Assembly: GCA_021613535.1 (NCBI GenBank) | Contig: CP075497.1 | Coordinates: forward strand, 4,712,001 to 4,776,000 | Source: Adineta vaga | Lineage: Eukaryota > Animalia > Rotifera | Direction of reading: 5' to 3' | Length of the DNA: 64,000 nucleotides | Part shown: one piece after another, positions 40,001 to 53,861 of the stretch | Layout of the letters: every line of letters starts with the position of its first letter | Numbering within the stretch: the stretch's first letter is position 1 | Notes under the pieces: model-generated | The model's database searches: none | What the model was told of the DNA's origin: nothing | Seen by the model: the letters and a program-made list of their open reading frames with translations, nothing else | Made by a program: the position numbers and the translations under genes

Positions 40001-42486
40001 ATCGACTTGATAATATCGACTTAATGTTGTACATAATGCTAGAAATGTTGAACAATTATTTTTGATTTGTAAAACACCATCTAAAAAAGATCCCGGTCTT
40101 ATGATTATTTTTATGAAATAAAAACAAATTGATTTTTCTTACCAAAACAATGTTCTAAATGTTTTTCAGATATTGTACCCCAACAATGAAGATTTCGTCG
40201 TTTAAAAAATGAATCAAATATGATATCCATCATTATGGTTGAATCAGTCATGCATGAAATATAAAATGGCGTTTGATAAACATTAGCTAATGCATCCGCG
40301 AATGGATCACCAAATGTTTCGAAAAAATAATAATCAACTTGCATATATAAAGAATGTCCTGTTTCAGAACTTAAACGATATTTAACAATCACTTCCCAAG
40401 TCACATCACTACGTTTACGTGATGAAAGCACATCACCATCAGGATATAAGATTGTTGGTCGACATCCAAGTGCATTTTCTAATTCAACAAAATGTTCTTC
40501 AATATTTTCACGTAATAAATGAAAATCCCAACGTGGATATTGAAGAAAAATATCGCGAAGAACAAGTACAGTTAGAAAACAACGAACACTAATTGGTGTT
40601 TCATTTGGATGATCATCATCAGACGCAACTGATTCATCATTTTTTGATGTATTCAATGTCACTGATGAACCTGACATTGCACCCGACACGGGTTTAACAT
40701 CTTGATGAACAATAAATCCATCAAATTGATAGAATATAAATGCTGATGGACCTTCCGTTTCTGTATCACGATAAACTTGAACATGTTGAAATGATGCATA
40801 ATCTTTTTTATGCATATAATCAAGTACACGACTAAGAATACATTCATGATTAAGACCATCAAATTCCACTAAATGTGAATCAAGTAAAAGTCGAACAACT
40901 TCTTCATAATCAGTTCTATCACCACATGTTGCTAAACATGCAAGAGTTAATGGTGATGGAATAAACATTTGTTTCGTATCAAATCCATGAAGAATTTTTT
41001 CAATAAATTCTTCACGTTGAATCAATGGTAATGAACTTAATTCAAGTTCATCAGCATCGGGAATATCACTATCATTTGTTGTATTATTCAATGTTCCAGT
41101 ACTTTGATGATCATCTGTTGCATTATTTGTTGCTAATGATGGTTGATCTCGTGCTGTATGAGAATCCATATGTGAACGAAATTTTTGTTGTAAATATTGT
41201 TGTCTTATCATTATATTATGACTATCTAGTGACAATGATGGTTCTAATGATGGTAATGTCTGTTTACGTTGTTTGGTTGGATGTGTATCACGTTCAACAC
41301 CACATGCTTTCAGAATATATGCACTAGGATTGTATTCAAATTCTCGTTGTTTAAATGTAGGTATTAATAATGATAATGCATCAAATTGATTTGGTAATGT
41401 TAAAGATGTTAATGTATCACATATTGTTTTAACCTACACATGAAGAAATTAAATTGATTGTCTTATTTTCAATATAAGAATTTAAAAAAAAATAACTCTA
41501 CCGTTTCTTTATCACCAACATAAGCTGCATAATGTAATGTTAACCATCCACGTTCTGTCACAGAATTCAATGACATATCTAACCAAGTGCCTGTGCCATT
41601 ATACAATTTATCTAGTAAACTTGCTCTTTTATGTGCTATTGCAAAATGTATTAAATCACAATATTCATATCGACATAATTTCATGAATGATGTTTGAAAA
41701 ATATTAAATATTTTTGAATTCTCACTAATAATTGGTTTATCTATTTGTTCCATATATAGATATGTATGTAATGATGTGTAGGATTTAAATAATCCATGAA
41801 CTGGAGAATGAAGATATTGTTGTTCTAATTGAACTTGTTCTTCGACTAATGTTGATATATTTGATGTCGTATCAATCAAATGTTCAAGTGCAGAAAGAAT
41901 ATGTTGACGAGAATTATCATTATCTATTATAAGATGTTTAGCTGTGAGAAGTTTCTTTTTTATACGATGATACCAACGCCATAGGGGATAACGATCTCGA
42001 GTGTAACCATGAGCATCATATAATAAAAATAGAAGGAAATGAAGATTATTGAAATGATCAGGTTTTCTTATGACACCATTTTGAATTTCTTGAAGAAGAT
42101 CAAGTAAAAGATTATAAGTGAGTTCTTCTATTGGCAATTCTTGATTACCAATTGATGTCATTAATGTTGGCACACGATCTAAATTCAAATCATTTTATTA
42201 AAAGTTCGTTTTTCTTAATCGAAAAAAATTAATATTAAACAGATTTTTATCATCAATCTAAATGATTCATAATGTCATTTTCTATACATTTAGACTTCTC
42301 TATTCTTATGGTAATCATCAAATGATTTGATGACGTTAAATAAACTTGACTATATTCTCATCATCTGTTTATTTTCAACTAGAATAATGATAATTAACAT
42401 TAAATGTAAAGAAAAACAAACTTACGTGGTGATAAATAATCTTTGCTTATATCTTCAGCAGATGCATGTAAACGTAATGTATTCAT
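37032..42486 (-). CDS. Large uncharacterised protein with ankyrin-like repeats (host gene of the nested GATase)
   Basis: Five exons join in frame from ATG 42486. Ankyrin-like GWLTLHYAAYVGDKETVK and PSPLTLAC..VVRLLL. The last exon 37424-37032 (131 codons, missing from the ORF track) is joined by the phase-0 intron 39127-37425. Confidence 0.75.
37787..38527 (+). CDS. Stand-alone class I glutamine amidotransferase (GATase1/GMP-synthase-like), intronless
   Basis: VLIIQH, SLGGP, PILGLCLGAQLLA (Cys nucleophile), VQFHPE (His-Glu). Single 246-aa ORF. Confidence 0.93.
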   Translation: MSKKVLIIQHSSGVRPAYVTEFFLEHGIPFEILPIYEPDREEDFPDYQTNAYSAIVSLGGPQGTYEDEQYPYLKWEKSFLAAQLALQTPILGLCLGAQLLADVIGGHGHLGKYGYEIGYVQYKLTEEGKQDLILSKLFEAQQDKPLLIMHHQDSFDLPSNATILAYTSNKYIAAYRFGSAYAVQFHPEASFTEFDEWVQRTRTKRPEAYKNLDIDEILHQAKINESEAKKSRQLFFQTWWNMISKS

Positions 42487-43919
42487 TTTTCAGTACGAAA
42501 ATTTAACCGATAGGATAAATTGTCTTATACTTATCATACAATGTTGTTCCTGCAAGTATTAAGAACATGCGACAATCTCCAATGAATCGACTTCACCACA
42601 CTATGTTTCTTACTACTACTACCATGACTCGTCGTCATCTTCTTCTTCTTTTTTTCTTTCTCTATATTTTGTATATTTTCTTCTTTCCGTTCTTCTTTTC
42701 ACACTGGTCTGCTTCTTTTTTTCTCCCCTTTCTCTCTCCTACCATTACATATACTTATTGAGAAGTTTCATATGATGCGTGCAAATTCTTTTCTTTTCTT
42801 TCGTTCGTTCTTTCTTTCTTTCTTTCTTTTTATTCACAAAACATTTGCTGTTTGTTCTGACACGTACTGCATGCTTTTTGAGGTGATTACATGCATTGAT
42901 TCAATTCTATCTACTTAAAAAGAAGAACTAAAAACAAAATTGCGAAGAAAAGGTCAATGAAAATGCTTTCTACATTTGACGTGTTTTTGGTGCCTTGCTT
43001 ACATTTCCGTCAATCAGACAAGGAGAAAAAAGAAAAATTTATTGACAGTTACTAATAGTAAATAGCGATGGAAAAGATATAACGATAACTTCCCAAATAT
43101 TTTTATTATGCAGAGGAGATAATATACAACGAGTCTTATCAATAATATGCATAACCAATACTCAAACTACGTCTTTCTCATGATGAAATATTTCTTTAAC
43201 AAGATGTTTGCTCGTTAATTTCAACTCCTATAAGAATATTCAAGATACAATATACATACATTCAAATACCTTTATTTTTATTTCACTGTTTGATTGGATT
43301 CTTTCTTATCAAAACATCGATTCACCTTTTTTCCCTTTCTCTCTCTCTCTCTCTGTGTCTGTCTCGTAAGTGTATTCTAATGTTTGTTTCCACCTATAAC
43401 GAAAAACAAATACGAAGTAGAAAAAATAATATTTATATGTACACCTTTTCAAATATAGTCATGTGATATTCTTTGTATAATTCACATGCAATCATCCGTG
43501 TAAATGAAACGAAAAGAAAAATATATTCTGATGTAAGAAATATCACTTCGTGGTAAAAGTTAGATGTACTACTTTGACATACCAATGACTCCTCAATATT
43601 GCTTTTTTTTAAATCGAAACAAACTGAAACTCATATCATGAAAGATTACGACTTTATATCATGTTGTTTCATATTCTCTTATCAATAAAATATGTAAAAG
43701 TATTTACGAAAAGAATCGAACAAACAGTCTTACATATGACATGATAGAATAATATCGTCTGTATTCAAAATCAATAATAACCAAACTGAGTGATTTTCAT
43801 TGTTTGTTACTTACGTTCTTTCGATGTTGTTCCTTAATAAATTGATTCAACGATTCAGAAAAAAAAGATGCTACTTATATAGGCAAAACCGAATAATTGA
43901 TTTTTCTTTCTAGTTCTAG

Positions 43920-44480
43920 TCAACACTCAGAGAACTTCATCAACATGCTGATCACAGCCCTTCTCATTTCCTTGTATTTAGAATAGGAGAAAGCAGTTTT
44001 TATCCGTTGGAATAAATGTTTCACAACACTTTCTCTAGCGTATCTTGTACATATTCAAGTTTTATCATTTGATTTGTATAAACCTTCAGTTTACTCTCGT
44101 CTATTCATTGGAAACCTTGTTTGAGACTATTCTGAAAAAAAGTTTTCTTAATTGTGTTCGGCCAAGATCAGCAGGAAGTTTTGCTTCTTTACTTCCTTCT
44201 TATCTGAAAGAAACCAGAACGATTCATGAGCCATTAGATGTACAGAGGAATGTCCAATGCCGCCAGGAATAAAAATCAATGTTGACTTGACATAATTCAT
44301 CCTATAAAGAATACAAATAAAATATAATCTTACGCTAAGAATAATATACCACAGCGGATAGAAATGTCACACAAAATATACATGCATCTTCATGACTAGT
44401 CTGTGTTGACTTTTCCAATAATGCGTCAATTTCTGCAACAGAATATTGTTGGAAAGCTCGTCATCGAGTTTATACTATCA
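43920..44480 (-). pseudogene. Possible degraded coding remnant
   Basis: Less AT-rich than the flanks. Broken frames such as RAFQQYSVAEIDALLEKSTQ.. and ..IFIPGGIGHS.. are separated by an intron-like segment at ~44303-44349. Identity unknown. Confidence 0.25.
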
Positions 44481-44937
44481 TTGATACATCTATCCCAGTC
44501 TTCAAGTACTTTCTAAGTATGAATTTAATCATGTTATGAGAGTATGTGAGTATTATCAATATAGTATTCATTTTAAGTCTGTCGATATGTATTTTTGATG
44601 ATGGAAATAACCACGAGTTGAAGATCGAAGTATCAGTATACGAATATCTCTAATAATGAAAATACAGAGGTCACTAATCTACGGTTGATATGCATAAAAA
44701 TCAATTTTTCATCTTTTCATTTCATTTCGACCACTAATATGCTGTCAAATCGAAATAGGTCTCCTTCGAATGAATTACAAATACGAATTAATTAGCTTTG
44801 ATAGTATAACTTAAAACTTGATTTTTTTTATTATATCTGTTGATAAATTATTCACCAAACATTTAGAACCATGTTCTATATCTAAAAAATAGTTGGACTT
44901 TATCTTAAACTATTTAGATAACAACGAGTAAGAAGGG

Positions 44938-46287
44938 ATGAATTTCTTATCAAAATCACCTTCGTTTGCTCGACAATTATATTGTACAATAGCTGTGCAA
45001 CGTTTGAATACGATCAATCAATCCATTCGTTTCATTTCACAAAATGTATGTAATACAAAGTTTGACCTACTTTTGTTTTTGAAACTCATTGTTATCTTAT
45101 TTTAGACAACAGCAACTGGTAAAAATAATCAACAGCCATCGCAATATCGATATACTTTACCGAATGGAAGTTTATCGAATGAACAACGTGAATCTTATGA
45201 AAAAAATGGTTTTATTGTTATTCGTCATTTAGTTAAACCTGAAACACTTGATCATTTTCGGTAGAAAAAAAAAACCTTGTCACATGGAAAAAGTATTTTT
45301 ATTTCTCTAGTCATCGTTTTCAAGAAGTATGTGTTGGAAAAGTTAAAGTGCCAGGCATGACTGTCATGAAAGATGTTGCTATTGCTAAATCTGAATTTGC
45401 TGATGGTGAAAAAGCAATAACAAAAATTCAAGATTTTACATTGGATGATGAACTTTTTAAATATTGTTGTCTACCAGAAATTGTTGCATACGTCGAAAAT
45501 TTTACGGGTCCAAATATCATGGCTATGCATACAATGGTAATTATTTTGTTTGCACATGAAAAGTATATATCGTTTTCTTTAGTTAATCAATAAACCACCT
45601 GATCCAGGCACACAATCATCTCGACATCCACTTCATCAAGATCTTTATTATTTCCCATTTCGACCAGCAGATCGTATTGTTTGTGCATGGACTGCAATGG
45701 AAAAGATTAATCGAGAAAATGGATGTCTTGTGGTCATACCAGAATCACATCAAGGTGAACTTGAAGTACATGACTATCCTAATTGGAAGGGTGGAGTCAA
45801 TAAAATGTATCATGGAATACAAAAATACGATCCAAATCTAAAGATGGTACATTTAGAAATGGAAACAGGTATAATTTCTGATCAAAAAGTTAACTTATGA
45901 GATTTTATTTCGATTAGGTGATACTGTTTTCTTTCATCCATTACTTATTCATGGCAGTGGAACAAATCGATCAAGTAGATTTCGAAAGGTATTTACATCA
46001 ATTATAAAGTCAATTTGTTATATGTGTTCTATGCTATCGAATAGGCTATTTCATGTCATTATGCTGATTCTGCATGTGAATATATTGAATGTAAAGATAG
46101 TGTACAAGATTTCATTTCGAAAGAAGTAACAGATATCTTTCGACGACGAACTGGATTTACAGATGCACGATTCGAAGTAAGATTAACTATGAAAGTTTCA
46201 TTCATATAAAATTTATTTCAAAATAAAAAATAGGATGTTTGGAGAATTAAAAGTCGACTTGTTAATGGTGAACGAATCAATTTGTAG
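44938..46287 (+). CDS. PHYH: Phytanoyl-CoA dioxygenase
   Basis: [61 protein letters not shown]2-like RLNTINQSI in the N-terminus. Confidence 0.95.
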
Positions 46288-46461
46288 ATGAAAACAAGAC
46301 AAAGCCAATATCAATTCATTCTTTTCTTTTTTATTCTATACCATCAGTCTTTCTTCTTTGTAATTTTCATGGAAAAAAAATAAAAGCGATTTACTTAAAA
46401 TTCAGTAACGAACGAATCAATGACTAGCAAAAGATGAGTCATAGATAATCATTTTCTTTCG

Positions 46462-46492
46462 TTCTGTCTGTCTGTCTGTCTTTCTTTCTTTT
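46462..46492. repeat. (TCTG)n(TCTT)n microsatellite upstream of U1
   Basis: Direct reading of the sequence. Confidence 0.75.
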
Positions 46493-46570
46493 CTATTAGC
46501 ATGTTAGTCTACTGTGCAATTTTTGCAGTATTGATGTGTATATAAGAATAGAGAAGACAAAACGATAAGC

Positions 46571-46731
46571 ATACTTACCTGCCACGGATGCAATAGCGCT
46601 CAGGAAGGCTAATGCTCCAGGTCGAGGCGCGGGCATTGCACATCGCCCCCGTTGACGCCTGCGAAAAGTCCACATCGGGCTTTCTCGAGTGGATAATTTG
46701 TTCCGCGGCCACTTGCGTTCGCGCATTGGCC
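46571..46731 (+). ncRNA. U1: U1 spliceosomal snRNA
   Basis: 5' ATACTTACCTG; helix H CCAC/GTGG; stem-loop I with a 10-nt loop; U1A loop ATTGCAC at 46635-46641; Sm site AATTTGT at 46695-46701; terminal stem with UUCG tetraloop. A GC-rich island of ~160 nt. Confidence 0.95.
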
Positions 46732-46952
46732 ATTCTATTAATTTAAAATGAAAATTCAATTATTTCTCTCTGTCTCATAGAATTTACAAATAAGAAAACT
46801 TGGATTTGTTACAGTTCATAGTTTTCGAAAGAAATATCAATGAAACAAATATGATAATCTCTAATAACTCTATGAGAAAATTTTTGTGCATAGTTGTTTT
46901 TGTTGAATATGTTGATTGCATTAAAAATTGAGCGCCTTTAATAGAATTGAAC

Positions 46953-47270
46953 ATGTATGTTAATAATAGTTGTACAAATGAATATGGGTATTCGACAGGT
47001 TTCAATTCTTGTTTATATATTCACGGAGAATCGCTTCGCATAGTATTACTAGTATGTTTTATTTCAATCTTTACACTAATCTTTATTCTACTTTTGATGC
47101 TTATGATTGGTAACAAGTTATTGTCAACTTTAATCAAAGGAAAAGATATTCATTCACATCGATTTCCTTCCAAGCAAAACTTAACTCACAATGATAATGG
47201 TTCAATATCATATGACGAAAAGCAATATTCAACGGACATGAAATTATCTGAACTAAATGCAAACAGTTGA
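46953..47270 (+). CDS. Small intronless single-pass membrane protein
   Basis: 105-aa ORF with an N-terminal NNS sequon, one long hydrophobic helix and a polar tail. AATAAA follows shortly after the stop. Confidence 0.5.
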   Translation: MYVNNSCTNEYGYSTGFNSCLYIHGESLRIVLLVCFISIFTLIFILLLMLMIGNKLLSTLIKGKDIHSHRFPSKQNLTHNDNGSISYDEKQYSTDMKLSELNANS

Positions 47271-47614
47271 GGAAATAATAGTCTATTTTGTTCTTAGAAT
47301 AAAAAGACTGACAACTAGCGTCCTCTACTACACTAGTAAACAAGTGTCAGATGATTTTTACTCTAAGTATAAATATTTTCCAACGTCAATCTTAAGCGAA
47401 TTGAAATAATTGATAAAAAAATCGAGATATTTCATTAAATATGGTTAAAATATTATCCAGTAAGAATAATTTAGTCACTAACCAGCCAGTTAGTTTGATT
47501 TGGTTGTATACATCTATACAATAGAATAATAATAATAATAATATTACAATATATAATCTACTTTATCTTATATATTGTTCAACATTCTGTTTGTTTTTTT
47601 CAGACTGATTAAGA

Positions 47615-48097
47615 ATGGTTGCTGACAGTCATTCAGCTGGTGGACATCATTCAGCACATGGTGGTGCTGGAAAAGCAACAACTGCTTATCCAGATCGTGC
47701 TCCAAATGCTTGTGAATTTCGTATCCCGGGTTTGTGAAAAATCATAGTCCTTCCATTTAATCTATTGCATTAATTCATAGATTGGCGTTCATATAAAGTT
47801 GAAGGTATACCTGAATTAGAAAGTCATCGTTCGAAATTATCTAATAAAGGATTACGTGATCCTTGGATTCGAAATCAAGTCTGGCTATATGATCCAAAAG
47901 TTGGTGCTTATCCACAATGGCGAGTCAGTTTTCGTACAGCTTTCTTTGGCTTTCGTTATGCTATGGTTGCTTTGGCTACTTGCTTTATAACAGAAAAAAT
48001 ACTTGAAAAAGCTTTTCCACCATTTCATGAACATATTCATCTATACAATCCCGATAAACCTCATTCACATGATCATCATGGCGATGATCATCATTAG
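47615..48097 (+). CDS. NDUFB3: NADH:ubiquinone oxidoreductase subunit B12
   Basis: His-rich N-terminus, spliced IPDWRSYKVEGIPEL..KGLRDPWIRNQVW, one TM helix and a His-rich C-terminus. One coding intron. Not in the ORF track. Confidence 0.93.
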
Positions 48098-48889
48098 AAA
48101 CTTTCCTCTAGTTATAACCTTACCGTTCTTTTTTTTCTTCGTCTGTAGATTTTTGAAAAAAAGAAAACATCCATTTTGATCCTTTTATCTTGTTCATTTG
48201 TTTATTTTATATAACAATAATTGCATCGAGAGAATATTTATATCGACTATGATGTTTTGATCATATCAAACCTCTACTATAAGAGTATAAGATCGAAATT
48301 TGTCATTCAATTTTACATGTTAAAGTACTTGACAGTTCAAACAAGGTACATTACATTTGAACAATACAAAGAAATGTCAGATAGAGAAACTTTTGATGAT
48401 TGTTTCGTTAACATAGAGATACATATTGTTACCAACATTCAATGCATCTTAATAAGCCTATTTACACTGTAGTGGAACTTTTGTGTAAGTAGTCGTCACT
48501 CGAAACAGACATGTGTCTCGCCTTTTGTCTTTATAACTATACAATAAAACTCACACGAAGAATCTGTATGAAGAAAATCAGGCAAAACAATAATGATAGT
48601 TTAATTCGTTTCTTTTTTCATCGAGGGTAATTTCTGATTTTAATTCAAATTTGTATTACTCATTTTTTTCTACATTACAATTGGACATGACTTTGTCTTT
48701 AAATGACGTCAAATAAATGACGAGAAGCAAAAAATACTTTCATCTATTTTCTGTTCTGTTTTACAAAGACTCTCACCAACGAAAGTCAGGCATAGAGAAT
48801 ATATATTTGCTTTCATCAGGTGAAAAGAAAACGACGAACTTCACTATTCAGTTTCATTTCATTTTACGCGAACAAAAATAAAACAAAGA

Positions 48890-49796
48890 ATGCAAAGTAT
48901 TAAATGCGTTATAGTCGGTGACGGTACTGTTGGTAAGATAAGAATGAATTACGTTTGCATTTATAATTTTCATCGATTGAATAGGAAAGACATGTATGTT
49001 AATAACATATGCATCAAATAAATTTCCAACAGCTTACGTTCCAACGGTAAGTTTTCTCTTTCAAAACTTTACATATGAATTAGTGATGAAAGAAAACAAA
49101 ACGATTTCTATAGGTATTTGATAATTATGCTGTTACAGTTAATATTGATGGACACCCTCATTCATTAGGTTTATTTGATACAGCTGGTAATGATTTCTTT
49201 TCAAAGATTTTATGTATGATTGACAAATTTGTTCTTTGGTTTTTGTGTCTAGGTCAAGAAGAATTTGATCGTCTTCGTCCATTGAGTTATAATTCAACCG
49301 ATATTGTTTTAATATGTTTCAGTGTTGTATCACCATCATCATTTGGAAATGTTCGCGAAAAAGTTTGTTAAATCTATTTCTATCAAAATCACCGCAAATT
49401 AGTAATATATTTTCTTTTCATCTTTCTAGTGGGCACCTGAAATATCACATTATTGTCCAAAGACACCATTTTTACTTGTTGGAACACAAATTGATTTACG
49501 AGATGATGCAGCAACGATTGCTAAACTACAAAAATCAAATGAAAAACCCATTACACAGAAACAAGGTCAAAAATTAGCGCAAACTATCAAAGCTGTACAG
49601 TATGTTGAATGTAGTGCTCGTACTCAAGTGAGTTTAATGTTTAGATTTTGATCATTAAAAACAAAAGAGACATTTTTCTTTGATTTTGATTTTATAGCAA
49701 GGATTAAAAAGTGTCTTTGACGAAGCAATTTTGACTACTATAAAAAAGAAAAAGCAAGGTAATACACCAACTGAACGCAAATGTTTCATACTGTGA
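48890..49796 (+). CDS. Divergent Cdc42 paralog
   Basis: Six exons: [76 protein letters not shown]. Confidence 0.92.
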
Positions 49797-50113
49797 TATT
49801 TCTTTTTTTTTATAAAACACTTTGATATTTTTTGTATTCATATACGATTTATGAACAATTTTTGTTAATTTTTTATATGTCAATAAACAATGATCACGCG
49901 TAATATAAAACACGACAGAGGTCACTAATCAACGAATATTCATTTCTTTTTTTTTTCTAATTGGTTCTTCATTGACATCCATTTTTCTTAATGTTTATCT
50001 ACGTGTATTTATTTATTTACTTTACTCAACTTAAGCTCACATCGAACTAACGTCGTCATTATTCTTCTAACTTTGTTAGATAATTTTACGAATAAATTAT
50101 CAGATTATTGACA

Positions 50114-50974
<861 letters not shown>

Positions 50975-51350
50975 ATGAACAATCGATTGTGCTAAATGAA
51001 AAAATACCGCATAAAACTCCTTTTTTACATTCTTATCCGAATTAACCATTTTTTGTCTTATCTATTAGTGGTACGTTTTACATTTTTTTGTCGAAGTATT
51101 ATATATATATATATATGAATGTTGTCGTGAAGAATCTATTATTTGCTATAGATTTATGTGTTTTTTGCTGTATAATAATCTCATCTATTATCATGCGTGT
51201 TCCATTCTATATGTTTTTTTAAAATAATTTGTATAACAATATATATATATGTAATTCTTGCGTTCCTTTTTTTCAACTTTAATAATATAATGATTATAAA
51301 AAAAAGAGAGAAAATAGAAATGTTTGTTTTTTGTTTGGAATGTGAAGGAA

Positions 51351-51598
51351 CTAACCAGTACGAGGTGCACGAATGATTTTGTTGTTATCATCAACGAATA
51401 AACGAACACGATCGAGACGATAATCACGAGTACATGGTGATCCATCTTGTTTAATTTCAACATTAAAACCTGATTGAATAGAATAGATCATTTTGAATTT
51501 CAATGATTGTTTTATATACCTTCAGTAGTTAATTGACTTTCAACTTCACCAGCATCTTTACCAACAAATTCCGGCCAAGATTTATTTTCATTCGACAT
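51351..51598 (-). CDS. Potato inhibitor I (I13; eglin c/CI-2) family serine protease inhibitor
   Basis: Exons 51598-51520 and 51469-51351 give MSNENKSWPEFVGKDAGEVESQLTTEGFNVEIKQDGSPCTRDYRLDRVRLFVDDNNKIIRAPRTG, with the WPE.VG, DYR.DRVR and PR.G signatures. Confidence 0.92.
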
Positions 51599-52109
51599 GA
51601 TTGTATTCTATCACTTTCACGTATGATATTAATGAAGACTACATAGAATCGATCTTTCTATTTATACCATATCGATGCAAGTCGATATTTATCTATTGTG
51701 GGTGTGTGTTTTTTCTTCAAATCATTCTTTGGATACATGATAATCTAAGTAAAACAAAAGCTTGTTTGATAAAATTGATTTGATGATGAATAACAGTTGT
51801 GTGTATTTTGATTCATAAAATGACTTATTCTTATTCATGAATGATGATGTTAGTATGTTGGTAGGCACAGGTGTTCCTGAAGATAACTAATCTTCGAAAA
51901 CATTTTGTTTTTTGAAATCAAAATCAATTGATCTTATCGCTCGATTTGACTTGAGTCATATAAATAAATACAGATGTGATAGATCATGTTAATTCAGTTG
52001 TTATTTACAAATTAAGATGAAATATCAATTGACTATGTACTCAAACTTTTCTATTTCCTAAAACATACTTCATTTTATTTGAAATAAAAACAAAATAGAG
52101 ATATTGTTT

Positions 52110-53721
52110 TTATTTGATCACTTTAAGTTGTCGACCAACTTGAGCAAATGCATCGATACATCGTTTTAAATCATCTTTTGAATGAGCAGCTGATACTTGT
52201 ACACGAATACGAGCACGATCTTTCGGTACCTATGCATCAAAATATAACAGCAAGTTTCCCTTATATAAAACTTTCATGAGATTATTTACCACTGGATAAC
52301 TAAATCCAATGACATAAATATTTCGTTTAAGCATTTCTTCAGCAAATTGACTGGCTAATCGAGCATCACCAAGCATAACTGGACAAATAGGATGTGCATC
52401 ACCCAAGATCTATGAAAATGTTATATATAGATGAATCTTAAACTAATGAAATTTTATTAATCAATACTTTAAAGCCTAATTGTTGCATTTCTTCACGAAA
52501 ATATTTCGCATTTTCAAGAACTCGTCCTGGTAAATTTGTATCATTTTCAATTAAATCAATTGCTTTCATTGCACTTGCAACAATAGCTCTATGAATATAA
52601 GAAAATCAGTCAGATCAAATTGGTCATTTTTCATTATACGAACGGTGGTAATGTATTAGAAAAAAGATATGGTCTTGAACGTTGTCGTAATAAATCAATA
52701 AGTGCTTTTGGTCCTGTTGTATAACCACCAGCTGCTCCACCAAGTGCTTTTCCAAGTGTCGAATTGATAATATCAATTTTTCCAATCATTCCAAAATGTT
52801 CTTCAGTACCACGACCTGTTGGTCCAAAGAATCTATTTTTGTTTCATAAAACAAAACATCTATATGTATGAAACTTGTCTCTACAAATATATCATTACCC
52901 TGTTGCATGACATTCATCAACAAAAACTAATGCTTTATATTGATCTGCTAAACGGCAAATTTCTGGTAATGGTGCAATTGTTCCATCCATTGAAAAGACT
53001 CCATCTGTAGCGATTAATCGAATTATATTCTCATTTTTATCATTAAAACTTTCTTTTAATTTTGCTTCCAAATCAGCTACATCTTTATGTTTATAACGTA
53101 ATCGTTTTGCCTTACATAAACGTATACCATCGATAATTGATGCATGATTCAACTCATCCTAGATAGAATCATCAATAAAGAAAGAATTTCAACATAATAC
53201 TTACACTGATAATATAATCTTGTTCTTTTAGTAATGTTTCGAATATGCCTGCATTTGCATCAAAACAAGATATATATAGTATAGCATCTTCTCGTTGATG
53301 AAATTTAGCAATTCGTTGTTCAACTATAAATTATCGAAATAAAAAAGCTTTGATTTCATTCGAAAAATATCATTGTTTTACGTTGTTTATGTATGGTTTG
53401 TGTTCCACATATGAATCGTACGGAACTAAGACCAGCTCCATAGTCATCAATAGCTTTTTTCGATGCTTTAATAATATCTGCATTATTGGCTAAACCCAAA
53501 TAATTATTAGCACAAAAATTCAATAATTGATTCGATGAATGTTCAATTTTGATATGTGCACTCTGACTAGTGGTAATAATTCGTTCGGATTTCCATGTAC
53601 CGGCTTGTCGAATAGAATCTAATTCAGGATTTAAACGTTTCTCAATCACATTCGTTAGTGTTGATGCACATCGTTTTGACGATCGTCGAACAGTAGAGAG
53701 AAGAAATCGTGTGCGAAACAT
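52110..53721 (-). CDS. GCAT: 2-amino-3-ketobutyrate CoA ligase (glycine C-acetyltransferase), mitochondrial
   Basis: Arg-rich presequence, [57 protein letters not shown] (PLP Lys), ARIRVQVSA. Confidence 0.96.
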
Positions 53722-53861
53722 GTTCGATGTTTGTCTCGTTTGTCTTTGATTTCACTTTTTTTTGACGATTTCAAATCTGAACTTAAAAGTGTTTATTTAA
53801 CCGAATGTATATTTATTTAGCATAAAAGATAAACAGAACGTCGACACTCCTTTTTTTCTTT

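Noticed and set aside
46496-46759. 87-aa minus-strand ORF
   Set aside because: Antisense shadow of the GC-rich U1 snRNA.
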